Source: Camelus ferus
Taxonomy: Eukaryota
DNA: 64,000 bases
Reading direction: 5' to 3'
NCBI RefSeq assembly: GCF_009834535.1
Contig: NC_045707.1
Coordinates: 57,042,001-57,106,000, forward strand
Under the pieces are notes generated by a model. It saw only the letters and a program-made list of their open reading frames with translations, made no database searches and was not told where the DNA came from. Both the position numbers and the translations under genes were made by a program. Below are positions 1-11,975 of the stretch, piece after piece; the stretch's first letter is position 1, and each line of letters begins with the position of its first letter.

Positions 1-41
1 AATTTACTGTCAATACATGAACAATGCTGCTTGTTTTAAAA

Positions 42-565
42 TGTAGGTTTTACCACTGTTCAGATATGTGAGACCAACAGATCAAGAAACAACTGCTAAC
101 TAAACCATACCTTTTACTCATGCTTCCCAAAAGGAGGGGCATGCCATGCTAGGCCAGGCCAAGGGGAAGAACCAGGGTGGGTCAGGAGGCAGAAAGAGTA
201 AGGGAAAAGCATGGGTGGGAATCTTTTTTGTTGTGGGAAAGAAAAGGCTTGGTAAACACTTAAGATTAGCTAGTTCGAACAATTTTAGTGGGTCCTAGTA
301 TATAGGGGCTTTCTGTAGTTGTCTGATACCTGGCCTGGAATGATTAAGGCAGAGGAATATTGCCTCCTGGAGTGCTGAGAGCCAGATAGAGAAGACGGTT
401 TGAAGTACTTGTCCAGACTGGTTGCTTTGCACATGGAAGGCACACTCAAGGAAAGTAGTGTGCTACCTCTATGAATTAGCTAGCTATTGGAGGGGCATTA
501 TCGCCTGTGTTTCCATGGCCCCAGGTGCCACAGCATCAAAAATACAGAAAATATAATTAATATAC
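42..565 (-). mobile_element. Solo LTR, MER54-like (ERVL class)
   Basis: Reverse complement reads ...tattttctgtattttgatgctgtggcacctggggcc...gctagctaattcatagaggtagc..., resembling the recalled MER54 consensus. Confidence 0.55.
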
Positions 566-2957
566 TGCTTTTCCTGCCTGGAATTAAGCCAAGAGAACAA
601 ATACTGGATATGGGAAACAAAATGGACTGCAATTCTGATTCACAAAATGACATGTTAGATAATTGAGAACTGCAGAGCTCAGACTCATGGGATATCAGAT
701 GGGAAAGATTTCAAAGATTCAACCTACTATCCAATGCATCAGTCCATTTTTCAGCATCTTCAAAATGTGGTAGTCAGCCTATGCCCAACTTCTGGAATGA
801 GAGAATATTTTCTTTATAAATTAAGGGAATTCATATTATGCCTACATGACCTAGATCATTTAAATTTTCTTTTTCTTTCCCTGAGCCACCGTCTATCTTC
901 TTTTAGTATCTTCCTGACACTACTAGTTAGTTCTCAACTGTCAAATTTACCATGTATAATGTTGTTATTATTTGTCTTTGACTTCCTCCACCACTTAAAA
1001 GGATTAGACTTGGAATATAGAAATAAATCTGAGTAGATGATGTAAAAGTATTTCAGTGAGTGTAAGAAAAAAAATCAAAAAGAAAAGTCCTGTGCAGAAA
1101 TATAGCCTTAGGTAATTAAGGGAGTAAATAGATGATTGGTAAGAAAGGTAGGTCACGGAAAGATCACAAACTAAAATTTGTTGTATATCAGGGTAAGGAG
1201 TTACATGCATGATTTTACTTGCACTTCAAAAGAACACATTAAACTAAGCATTATCACTTCCATTTTACTGTTGAGGAAATTTAATCTTAGATCAGGTAAG
1301 TAATTAGCACGTATTGTTCAACAAATAAAAGAAGCCAGGATTCACATCCATCTCTGATTCCAAAGTCTTTCTCCTCTACTTTGTTTATATAGGGTGAGCT
1401 CTAAGAAATGGTTCAGAGAAATGGTTTGTGTATGATTTTTTTAAAGAGCCGTTGTTTTGAAAGTTGGCCTAATATGACTGGCAGTGTGGAGACAGGAGGG
1501 CATTTTAGAAGAGGGTGTTTCAGGAAAAAAAAAATCTGGAAACAGAAGTAATTGAGCCTAGCAGAAACAATTGTGGAAAACAATCATGGTTAGATCATGG
1601 AACTGTGAAAATATAAGTACATATTAGGAAGAGTTACAAACACACTTTATGAATTTAGATAAGATGTGAGCTTAGAAGGGGTTTTCCATAGTGTTGACCT
1701 GCTGAAAGCAGTTCTTGAAAAATATTCTTCTGGTGGCATTATGCTAATTGAAATGGAGAGAGAAGATCCTATTAAGATGCCTGCATAAGATTTTAAAAGT
1801 AATCTAAGCTGGAATGACAAGAGCCCAGAAAAACAATTTCATTAAGTTTCTTCAAGGCGTGAAGTCTTTATCATATATAAACACATTTATGCCAAACAGC
1901 TTAATATAGAAGCACACAAGAAGCTGTGAAAACGTAAGACGAGAACACAGCTTAAAATTTTTAGCTATAACCATATAACTTTTCTATAACCATAGAACTT
2001 TTTCATCAGAACTTCTAGAACCATATATCTTTAAGCTATGCTTTCCACAATCTCTCTCTCTATATATATATATATACATACACATACTTATGTATATATA
2101 CAAATGCACAATGATGCTATGAAAAAAAATGCAGTGTTGTTTTTAAAAATATCTTTATTGATTGTACAATCAACTTGATTGTTGAAAAGTCTTATTTTAA
2201 TATAGTTCTACATGTCTACCCCTGACAAAATTTATGGTATCCTGAATTGTTCTGGACTCTGAATTAAATTCTGTAAAAGAATCCTTTCTATCCAGTCTTT
2301 TAATGGTGTTTTGTGTGCCTTTGTTAATTTGCCCATGAGAGGTAGTAAAATGAAAAAGTTTGCAGACATTATGTTCTTACCTTTTATTATTCTCACTGTA
2401 AAATTAAAGACTTTTTCCCTATAAACTGCAACTTTTTTAAACATCTTGAAACACATCTTGAAAAAATACTTTATCTGATAAAGTTATATTTTGTCAACTT
2501 CTCAGTTCAAAAATCTCCCACTTAAAAATTGTTCATGTTATGATAACCTAGATTGGCAATTTTTAGTGAATTAGCTCCATTATGTGTTCAATAACTTTTT
2601 GTAAAGTGTTTACATTCTAATATATTGAAATGGATACCAAGGTAGCGTGAATCATAGTCATTGGATATTGATCTGTGATGTTTATTTACTCTTAAATAAT
2701 ATTGTTGTGTAGTCAGTCCTTATGTGTGTGGGGGGGGGTCTGTATTTAAACTGCAGTGTATTCAGTTTTAAACAGTTATGAAATTCACGCTGTTTAGTAA
2801 TGTGAATTTATATATGAAAGACCTATACACCCCCATGTCTCTTGTTTTATTTTTATTAGAATTACTCAAATAGCTTTGCTGTAATGATTCTCCATTTTCA
2901 TCATTTTCAGTTGAAATTTAGAAAGAGTTCATCTGAAGGTATTGTTTTTGCTTCTAG

Positions 2958-3088
2958 ATTGCAGTAGTAGAAGAAGATGGTCGGGAGGATAAAGCAACAA
3001 TTAAATGTGAAACTTCTCCTCCCCCTACCCCTAGAGCCGTCAGGATGACTCACACCCTCCCTTCTTCCTACCACAATGAGGCTCGGAG
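2958..3088 (+). CDS. PPFIA2: PPFIA2 exon A: IAVVEEDGREDKATIKCETSPPPTPRAVRMTHTLPSSYHNEAR(S)
   Basis: Acceptor ttctag|ATT, donor AG|gtacgg, phase 0 to 2, 131 nt. Confidence 0.95.
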
Positions 3089-4511
3089 GTACGGCTCTTC
3101 CAGCACACTGCGCATTGTATATTCTCCTTCCAAAACTATTCTTCTTTTCAGTGTTACCAAATAGACTGCTTAAACATTTATATAAAAATTTTAACTTGAG
3201 CTATAATTCTCCATTAGGATATTTATTGTCCTGCTGTCTCTCCACAGTATCACTGGTGAAAAAAAAATTTTCATTCGGAGATCAAATTTCTTAGTTTCAA
3301 AATTAACTGTATATTTATGGTCTTGTTACTAGCTAATATACCTTTTCTATTTTTAGCAGGTATTTCCTATTAAAATGGAGTCAGGCTACAGGAAGGACTT
3401 ATTAGGAATAGTCACAAAAAACTAAAGGGATTCTAAATAAATTTGACTTCTAGGGTAAGGATAATTAAGGTCTGAAAAGTTTATGATTCCACCCCAACTA
3501 CTTTAAACAGACATGTGTGTCCGTCACCCTACGGGTGCTGCTGTTGCCAGCTGACAACTCTTCCTTGGAAAGGAAAAACACATTCACCAGAATATTCAAA
3601 GAAAAGATGAATTTACGTGGGGAAATACCCCATTGGTCATAGCAATTCTTCATACTGTCTAAAAAAAACTGAAGCAGATCTCTGTAGTAATTAATGGCAT
3701 AAATATATCTAAACATGCAATTTACATCTTAAATGTATGTTTGTCCACTGTCATCAATTACAACCTCTCTGAACACATAACTGATATAACATAATGACTT
3801 AATGATTAATACTTTAAGTAAGACTCTATCTTCTAAAAAGTATGTTTTACAACAAACGTTTTTGCAAGCTGAGTTTTCTGTTCCAGCAGACATTTTTTCT
3901 TTCTGTTTTGTTTATTTTTGATTTCTAATGCGAAAAAAAGGTTATTCTAGCTTCAAAATATATACTTCCTCCACTCTCAAAAAAAAAAGAGTAAATTATA
4001 TTGTAACATAGGAAAAGCAGTAGCTTTTAGAGTTTAGAGAATGTGAACTCAGATTAATTAAGTAAAGTCAAATAATTCATCATGATATTGTCAAAGTAAC
4101 AGCTGTTAAAAAAAAAACTAACAGTAACATCATTGAACTTGTCCTATTAGTACAGTGTCAAACACATTCAGCAGGGAATAGAAACTAAATCAAACTGGAA
4201 GTCATTTCAACTTATCATGTTCTTAAAAGAATACCTGATTGTGCCCACCCAGGGATGCAAAAAAAAAAAAAAAAACCCACACAAAAAAACCCCTGAGAAC
4301 TGTAAGAAAAAATATGCAGTGATTTGCTGGGGTATATGATTTGTTTCTTCAAAATCCCACCCAGGTAATTTAAAATTCAATGAATTATGCCCCAAAACTG
4401 AGAGAGAGAAAGATGGCTAGAGAAAAATCCAGTAAAACCATGACCTAGAATAGAAGCATAAACTTTCTTAGTTATAATTAAATTTATTGTCATAGGTCGT
4501 TATGCTCAGAT

Positions 4512-4988
4512 CCATAAAAAAGAATAAAATAATGCCATTTGCAGCAACATGGATGAAACTAGAGATTATCATATTAAATGAAGTAAGTCAGACAGAGAAA
4601 GACAGATACCATATAATATCACTTATATGTGAAATCTTTAAAAAAATGATATAAACCTTATTTACAAATCAAAAATAGATTCACGGGCATAGAAAACAAA
4701 CTATGGTTACCAAATGGGGAAGGGCGGGGGAGGGATAAATTAAGAATTTGGGATTAACAGATACACATCACTATATATAAAATAGATAAACAGCAAGGAC
4801 CTACTGTATATAGCACAGGTAACTGTATTCAATTTCTTGTAATAACATACAATGGAAAAAAATATGAAAAGAAAAAATATATATGTATGTATATATGTAA
4901 CTGAATCACTTGGCTGTACACCTGAAACTAACATTGTAAATCAACTACACTTCAATAAAAAACTTCAAAAAAAAAAAAAAAGAAAAAG
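4512..4988 (+). mobile_element. L1 3' fragment (ORF2 end, 3'UTR and polyA), sense to the gene
   Basis: Contains aatgccatttgcagcaacatggatg...gaagtaagtcagacagagaaagac, AATAAA at 4954-4959 and an A-tail from about 4967. Confidence 0.85.
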
Positions 4989-5324
4989 GTAAAGGGTCAA
5001 GGGCTAAATTATAGAAGGTCATTTAACATGTACTTAATAAACCAACTTATGCCCATTGATTAGTTTGAGATTGTACAAAAAGTAAGGGAAAAATTATTTG
5101 GAAGAAAATAGAAATTTTTCTAGAGAAAATTTGGGAGCTCAGTTCCCTCAGGATAAGGAAATCATACTTGAATATGCTTAAGAAGAAACCTGGGAAGAAA
5201 AGGAGAAAATAACATTCAGAGTCTACTTATTCCTCTTTTTGTAGTTTTATAAAGGAATTAAGTCTTGTGTACCTTGTGGATGTTGCATCAAAGCAAGCAT
5301 TTTGCCCTCTTTTATGTTTTGCAG

Positions 5325-5479
5325 TAGTTTATCTGCCTCCCTTGAGCCCGAAAGCCTTGGGCTTGGCAGTGCCAACAGCAGCCAAGACTCTCTTCACAAA
5401 GCTCCCAAGAAGAAAGGAATCAAGTCTTCAATAGGACGTTTGTTTGGTAAAAAAGAAAAAGCTCGACTCGGGCAACTCC
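5325..5479 (+). CDS. PPFIA2: PPFIA2 exon [52 protein letters not shown](R)
   Basis: Acceptor ttgcag|TAG, donor C|gtaagt, 155 nt, lies within ORF 5302..5499. Confidence 0.95.
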
Positions 5480-6431
5480 GTAAGTGTGCTTCTGTTTGAC
5501 TTCCCACTGCCACTCATGTTCCGCACTTTTTAGTATCCATCTGTTTTTCATTTCATTTTTTTTCCTAGCTGACAAATTTTCTATTTTAATCAGCTTTTTA
5601 AATCCAACGTAGCTAAATAATGCTTGACAGAAGTTTCAAGGAAGAATATTGTAAAACTTTTGGTCCTTTTGACTTCTCTGTTAATAACAGTACTAGAATT
5701 CATTTAATGTTAACACTGCGATAGACATAAGGACCCTCTGAGTCCAGTGTCATTACTGTCATCCTTAATTATTGATGAGTAAATAATATATTAGTAATTT
5801 GCAGAGCTGAAACATTCATCATAGGGCTATGTTTCAAAACTAGCTTAAAACCATTGAGTGTACTGCATAGATGTGTATGAGAGCTTAGCTATGTGAATTT
5901 AAAAGCTTTTCTGTTGAAAAAATTCATAAACCCACAAAAAATTTAAAAAATATATTTTTAGGTCAAAGCATTATAATATGAAGTACTTAAAATGTAAAAG
6001 ACAAGATTTCTTTGTTTTACACTATCACAACTTTCCACTAACAAACTATAACATGTTGGTGGGGGGACAGAGGAAGGAATAGGGCAACAGGGATTGTGTT
6101 AGAATTAATCATAGGTTAATTGAATACAAATATAGATCAGTACATTTGAAATAACCCTAGGTAAATATATAAATACATCAGTAGGTTGACAGATAAATGG
6201 ATAGATGGATGGATGAATATACAGATAAATATATATCAATATATAGTCTAAAACAAAAAGAATATGTGAAGTAAGTTTCCTGAAATGATGATATTAAGAC
6301 CCCACCCTTTTTTTTTTTTTTTTTTTTTTGGTGTCTTCCTACATATTTATTTTTCCTCCTGAAATCTCTTTTCATCATCTTGGTTATTTGTGATTGCATC
6401 TTCATTTTCCCTCCTCTTCTCCTTCTATTTA

Positions 6432-8674
6432 TTTATTTATTTTTAACATTTTGTATTGATTTATAATCATTTTACAATTGCAGTGTAGAGCACAATTTTT
6501 CAGTTACACATGAACATGCATATATTCACTGTCACATTTTTTTCTCTGTGATCTACCATAAGATCTTGTATATATTTCCCTGTGCTATACAATATAATCT
6601 TGTTTATCTATTCTACATTTTGAAATCCCAGTCTATCCCTTCCCAACCCCCACCCACTTGGCAACCACAAGTTTGAATTCTATGTCTATGAGTCTGTTTC
6701 TGTTTTGTATTTATGATTTGTTTGTTTTATTTTAGATTCCACATATGAGCGATCTCATATGGTATTTTTCTTTCTCTTTCTGGCTTACTTCACTTAGAAT
6801 GACATTCTCCAGGAGCATCCATGTTGCTGCAAATGGCATTATGTTGTCGGTTTTTATGGCTGAGTAGTATTCCATTGTATAAATATAGCACCTCTTCTTT
6901 ATCCAGTCATCCATTGATGGACATTTAGGCTGTCTCCATGTCTTGGCTATTGTAAATAGTGCTGCTATGAACATTGGGGTGCAGGTGTCATCCTGAAGTA
7001 GGGTTCCTTCTGGATATATGCCTAGGAGCGGGATTCCTAAGTCATATGGTAAGTTTATTCCTAGTCTTTTGAGGAATCTCTCTACTGTTTTCCACAGTGG
7101 CTGCACCAAACTGCATTCCCACCAGCAGCGAAGGAGGGTTCCCTTTTCTCCACAGCCTCTCCAGCATTTGTCATTTGTGGATTTTTGAATGATGGCCATT
7201 CTGACTGGTGTGAGGTGATACCTCATTGTAGTTTTGATTTGCATTTCTCTGATAATTAGTGATATTGAGCATTTTTTCACTTGCCTTTTGATCATTTGTA
7301 TTTCTTCCTTGGAGAATTGCTTGTTTAGGTCTTCTGCCCATTTTTGGATTGGGTTGTTTATTTTTTTCTTATTGAGTCGTATGAGCTGCTTATATATTCT
7401 GGAGATCAAGCCTTTGTCAATTTTATTTGCAAACATTTTCTCCCATTCCGTAGGTTGTCTTCTTGTTTTCCTTATGGTTTCCTTTGCTGTGCAGAAGCTT
7501 GTAAGTTTCATTAGGTCCCATTTGTTTATTCTTACTTTTATTTCTATTGCTTGGGTAGACTGTTCTAGGAGAACATTTTTGAGATGTATGTCAGATACTG
7601 TTTTGCCTATATTTTCTTCTAGGAGGTTTATTGTATCTTGTCTTATGTTTAAGTCTTTGATCCATTTTGAGTTTATTTTTGTGTATGGTGTAAGAGAGTG
7701 TTCTAGTGTTCTAGCTTCATTGCTTTACATGCTGCTGTCCAGTTTTCCCAACACCATTTGCTGAAGAGACTGTCTTTATTCCATTGTATATTCTTGCCTC
7801 CTTTGTCGAAGATTAGTTGACCAAAGATTGTGGGTTCATTTCTGGGCTCTCTGTTCTGTTGCATTGGTCTGTGTGTCTGTTTTTGTCAATACCATGCTGT
7901 CTTGATGACTGTAGCTCTATAGTGTTGTCTGAAGTCAGGGAGAGTTATTCCTCCAGCCTCTTTCTTTCTCTTCAGTAATGCTTTGGTCTAGTAATTCTAG
8001 GTCTTTGATGGCTCCATATAAACTGTATTATGATTTGTTCTAGTTCTGTGAAATATGTCCTGGGTAATTTGATAGGGATTGCATTAAATCTGTAGATCGC
8101 CTTGGGCAGTGTGACCATTTTAACTATATTGATTCTTCCAATCCAAGAGCATGGGATAGCTTTCCATTTTTTAAAGTCTTCTTTAATTTCCTTTATCAAT
8201 GTTTTATAGTTTTCTGTGTATAATTCTTTCACCCTCTTAGTTAGATTTATTCTTAGGTATTTTATTACTTTGGGTGCTGTTTTAAAGGGGATTGTTTCTT
8301 TACTTTCTGTTTCTGTTGATTCATCGTTAGTGTAAAGAAATGCAACTGATTTTTGAACATTAATCTTGTAACCTGCTACCTTGCTGAATTCTTCAATCAG
8401 CTCTAGTAGTTTTTGTGTGGACCTTTTAGGGTTTTCTATATATAGTAACATGTCGTCTGCATATAGTGACACTTCTACCTCTTCTTTTCCAATTTGGGTC
8501 CCTTTTATTTCTCTCTCTTGCCTGATTGCTGTGGCTAGGACTTTCAAGACGATGTTGAATAGGAGTGTTGATAGTGGGCATCCTTGTCTTGTCCCAGATT
8601 TTAGTGGGAAGCTTTTGAGTGTTTCACTGTTGAGTACTATGCTGGCTGTAAGTTTGTCATATATAGCTTTTATT
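6432..8674 (-). mobile_element. 5'-truncated LINE-1 (about 2.2 kb) with a disrupted ORF2 and target-site duplication
   Basis: ORF 7972..8547 has the RT motif LYADD. ORF 6732..7511 is the ORF2 C-terminus ([18 protein letters not shown]). ttctccttctattta is repeated at 6417-6431 and 8675-8689. Confidence 0.95.
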
Positions 8675-11129
8675 TTCTCCTTCTATTTAATTTATAACTA
8701 GAGTTAAATTAGAGGGGAAAAGGATTTAGTTCCTACCTCCAATGGTAACAACAGATGAACAGAATGATACAAATTTCTTAGCACTCCCTTTGGCTTCTCA
8801 AAGAAGTGGTTATTTACCCCCAGACTTAGTTTCCTGCAAGGGCACCACAAGAATTTCCTGAAATAATATTTATATTTCCAGATTTACAACTGCTGTATTA
8901 TTCAAAAATATCTTTCCCAACAGTGTGAAACCCATACAAAACATTAGAAGCCATTGGAAACCAATGTGTATGACACATGGGCAGTCAGTTGTGTGATTGA
9001 GTGTTACTCAGCAGAATTAAATCCTCCCTGGATTTATATTTCTCAGGAGAGGAACCCCCTAGGCTATAAAAAAATATTATTGCATGAGGAAAGAAAAGAG
9101 AAGATTATTATTTGGGGGATATAAAATGTACATGCCAAGACAGTTTTAAAATTTGTGTCATTTTATTTGACAACTACATATAGTCTTACCAAATTATTTG
9201 TCATTTTCAATACATTATAGTGTAATTTATAATAGTATGGGTAGTTATTTTTAATTATTTATTTGCTAACATAGTAATCATTTCACTTATTCTTATTCAA
9301 CACATGCTCACCTTAGGCTCTATAATTTATTTTTCCTTTTAAAAATGTATTTAATTGCCTTTGTGCATAGATTTTCGTCTTTATTTTATGTTTAACTTTG
9401 ATGAAGAATTACTGACTCATTAAGAATTTTCTAACAGTATTCAGGCAAAATCAGGGAAAACAGTATATAAAGTGTAAAGAAATATAGAGCCTTATAGAAA
9501 CTTAGTTTTTTTACCTATTTTCAGTGACTGTGTGCCCCGATGTCAGAACAGATGAGAAGGGAATCAGTTACAATTACGTTCTTATCAACTCCATCTAAGT
9601 CAGAAAATAGGAATAGTTATTCAGGATCACATTACAGACCTGGGAAGATTGCTGAGCTCTTAGCAATTCTGTTTTACTCTGTAGTGCAACAGAGGTAGAA
9701 GATAAACAAAGCCAAAGCCGGTATCAGCAGCATAGCAAGGACTACAATGCTGTTGAGGAAGACGGACAAAATTTATACCTAAGGAGATATAAAGAAGCTA
9801 TACTGATCAAAGTATAGATCAAAGCTCTTGGAGAAACCAAGAATAAAGATCTTTATTGGAAATAATACTTGAGAAAACAAGAAGAAAACACAGGCATAAT
9901 GTCAGGAGAGTTCAAATTATTAATTTTTCTTTGCCTGGATATGTTTGATTCTACCAGGAACACCTAAGTGTGTAAAGCTCGAGTTTCTAGTAGAATTTAT
10001 CTCTGAAAAAAGGCTACTAAAGCCACATGAAAGAACAAACTCTGAGGGAAAAATGATGGAAAGGAACCTAGGTCTTTTTTATGATTAGTTAGGAAGTGGG
10101 TACTAGCTGGGGTCAGAGTGTGAAACCAAATTATCAGACAAAAGGAGTGATAAGGATTGAAGGGCAAGTTTTCCAGCAGTGGAGAGACTGTAAATGCAGA
10201 GATTAGGAGGCAGCAACTTGAAGAAGACACAGCACACAAATGAAATTATCTAAGTTCCAGGGTCAAGTATCGAGGCAGAAGTGAGAGTAAGGAAACAGAG
10301 CAATCAAGTATGAGGCTTCGGAGGCAGTTTACCAGCTTACAAAAATGGTAATAGAGTGTGAAGAGGTAGTGATGTTAAAACATTTACTACTTCTAGGGGA
10401 ATCATCTGGTCCATGTGATCTTAACACATTTACTACCCGGGAAACACCAGCTCTCCGAAGTCTTCAGAGAGCTCTAATAATAATGACTGTAAAGAAAAAA
10501 GAACAGAACACACATGACCACCCTAACTTATGTTAATTAACAGTGAATGGTAAGCATAAAGAAAAGAGGCCATTGACAGACATTGCAAGAGGGAAACAAA
10601 AATTAAAGACAAAGAGATTTTCAAGAATGGAGAACTAATCAAAATACAGGAAAGCTATGGGAAAATGAGAAACAGCAGAAAAGAAAATATATATATATAT
10701 ATATAAGTTATCCAGGCAGAATATCCAATTACAGATATATAAAAATGCATATATTTTTGAGTAAAAAAATAAATTAAAACTACTCTTGTGAATTTTCTTT
10801 AAATGCATACGAGAAGCAATGCATTTCAAAAGGGTTTTTTTGCCTTCTAAATTATAAGCCGGGCACTGTGCCTAGGTGCATTCTCCATGAAACTAACAGA
10901 CAGTCATGAAACAATTAGGTAATCATTTATGAATTCTAGCGTGCTTAAAATCAAAGCAAGTGGTGTGGATTAATACTGAAGAGAGAGCAAGTGGGGGAAA
11001 GATGGAACTACTGATCAGCAGGGAACTCTGCTGGACAAGTGGAGAGACCTTGCAATGTGAGTTTTGGCCAGAAATTCCTACAGATTTGTATCTCAAGGGC
11101 CAACATGAAATAAATTATTCTGAATGGAA

Positions 11130-11245
11130 TCTATTAAAATAAATCTCATCTGTTTCTTCTCACTTAATATAGCTACTAAAAAATTAAAAATTACATATGT
11201 AATTTGTATTTGTGGCTTGCATTTTATTTCTGTTGGGCAGTGCTA
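11130..11245. mobile_element. hAT-Charlie MITE fragment (MER33/MER3-like)
   Basis: aaaattacatatgt...tgtggcttgcattttatttctgttgggcagtgct resembles the terminal part of this family. Confidence 0.45.
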
Positions 11246-11881
11246 TAAGATTTAGAGTTTTTTTTTTCAGGTATTATTATAAAAATTACAAAACAAAATC
11301 AAACCTGCCAGAACACAGGAAGTTCTGGAAGACAGATTTGTACTGAGGGATATAGGAGTGAGCCTGGTAAGCGGAAGAGGGTTCCAGAACAGGATAGGAA
11401 AAGGTTTAACTCAATAAATGCTTCTCCATTCTCTCAACTTGGAATTGAAGAAATGTACCTGAGTTTCTCTTCATTGGGCTATCATTTATCCCATTAAATA
11501 TGCAATATCGTTGCAAACTTTGAAAAAAGATCTCACATACTGCACAGATACTTGCTCTCATTTTTCTTTTTTAAAAAAAGTAGAAAAGTAGACCTTGAAG
11601 CTTGCAGACTATATATTCAAGTGTCTGTCTGTATACAGGCCACATGTATTACTTTGCTACCTGGTAGGACTGAATGGTATCCCAGTAGGTACCTTTTTCT
11701 TTTTCATTCTCTCAGTTTATGTTTTTGTATGTACCCATGCCATTGTTTGCATGTTGAATTGAAAATACAAAAACAGGCAAAAAAAAAAAGAAGAAAAGTG
11801 TGATACTATAAACTTTTAAGAATTTAATGTCAGAATTTGCACGATGTATCCAACCTAACATGAATAGTTACTTCTTCACAG

Positions 11882-11975
11882 GAGGCTTCATGGAGACTGA
11901 AGCTGCAGCTCAGGAGTCCCTGGGGTTAGGCAAACTTGGAACTCAAGCTGAGAAGGATAGAAGACTGAAGAAAAA
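11882..11975 (+). CDS. PPFIA2: PPFIA2 exon C: GFMETEAAAQESLGLGKLGTQAEKDRRLKK(K)
   Basis: Acceptor cacag|GA, donor AA|gtaggt, 94 nt, phase 1 to 2; not in the ORF track. Confidence 0.95.

Noticed and set aside
6732..8547. Reverse transcriptase ORFs as a novel RT system or domesticated gene
   Set aside because: They are an ordinary truncated, frameshifted L1 ORF2 bounded by a tail and a target-site duplication.
7234..8701. Plus-strand ORFs 7234..7764 and 8381..8701
   Set aside because: They are antisense frames of L1 ORF2, a common artefact.
11879..11884. CAG GAG tandem acceptor at exon C
   Set aside because: GAG acceptors are rarely used, and there is no evidence from sequence alone.
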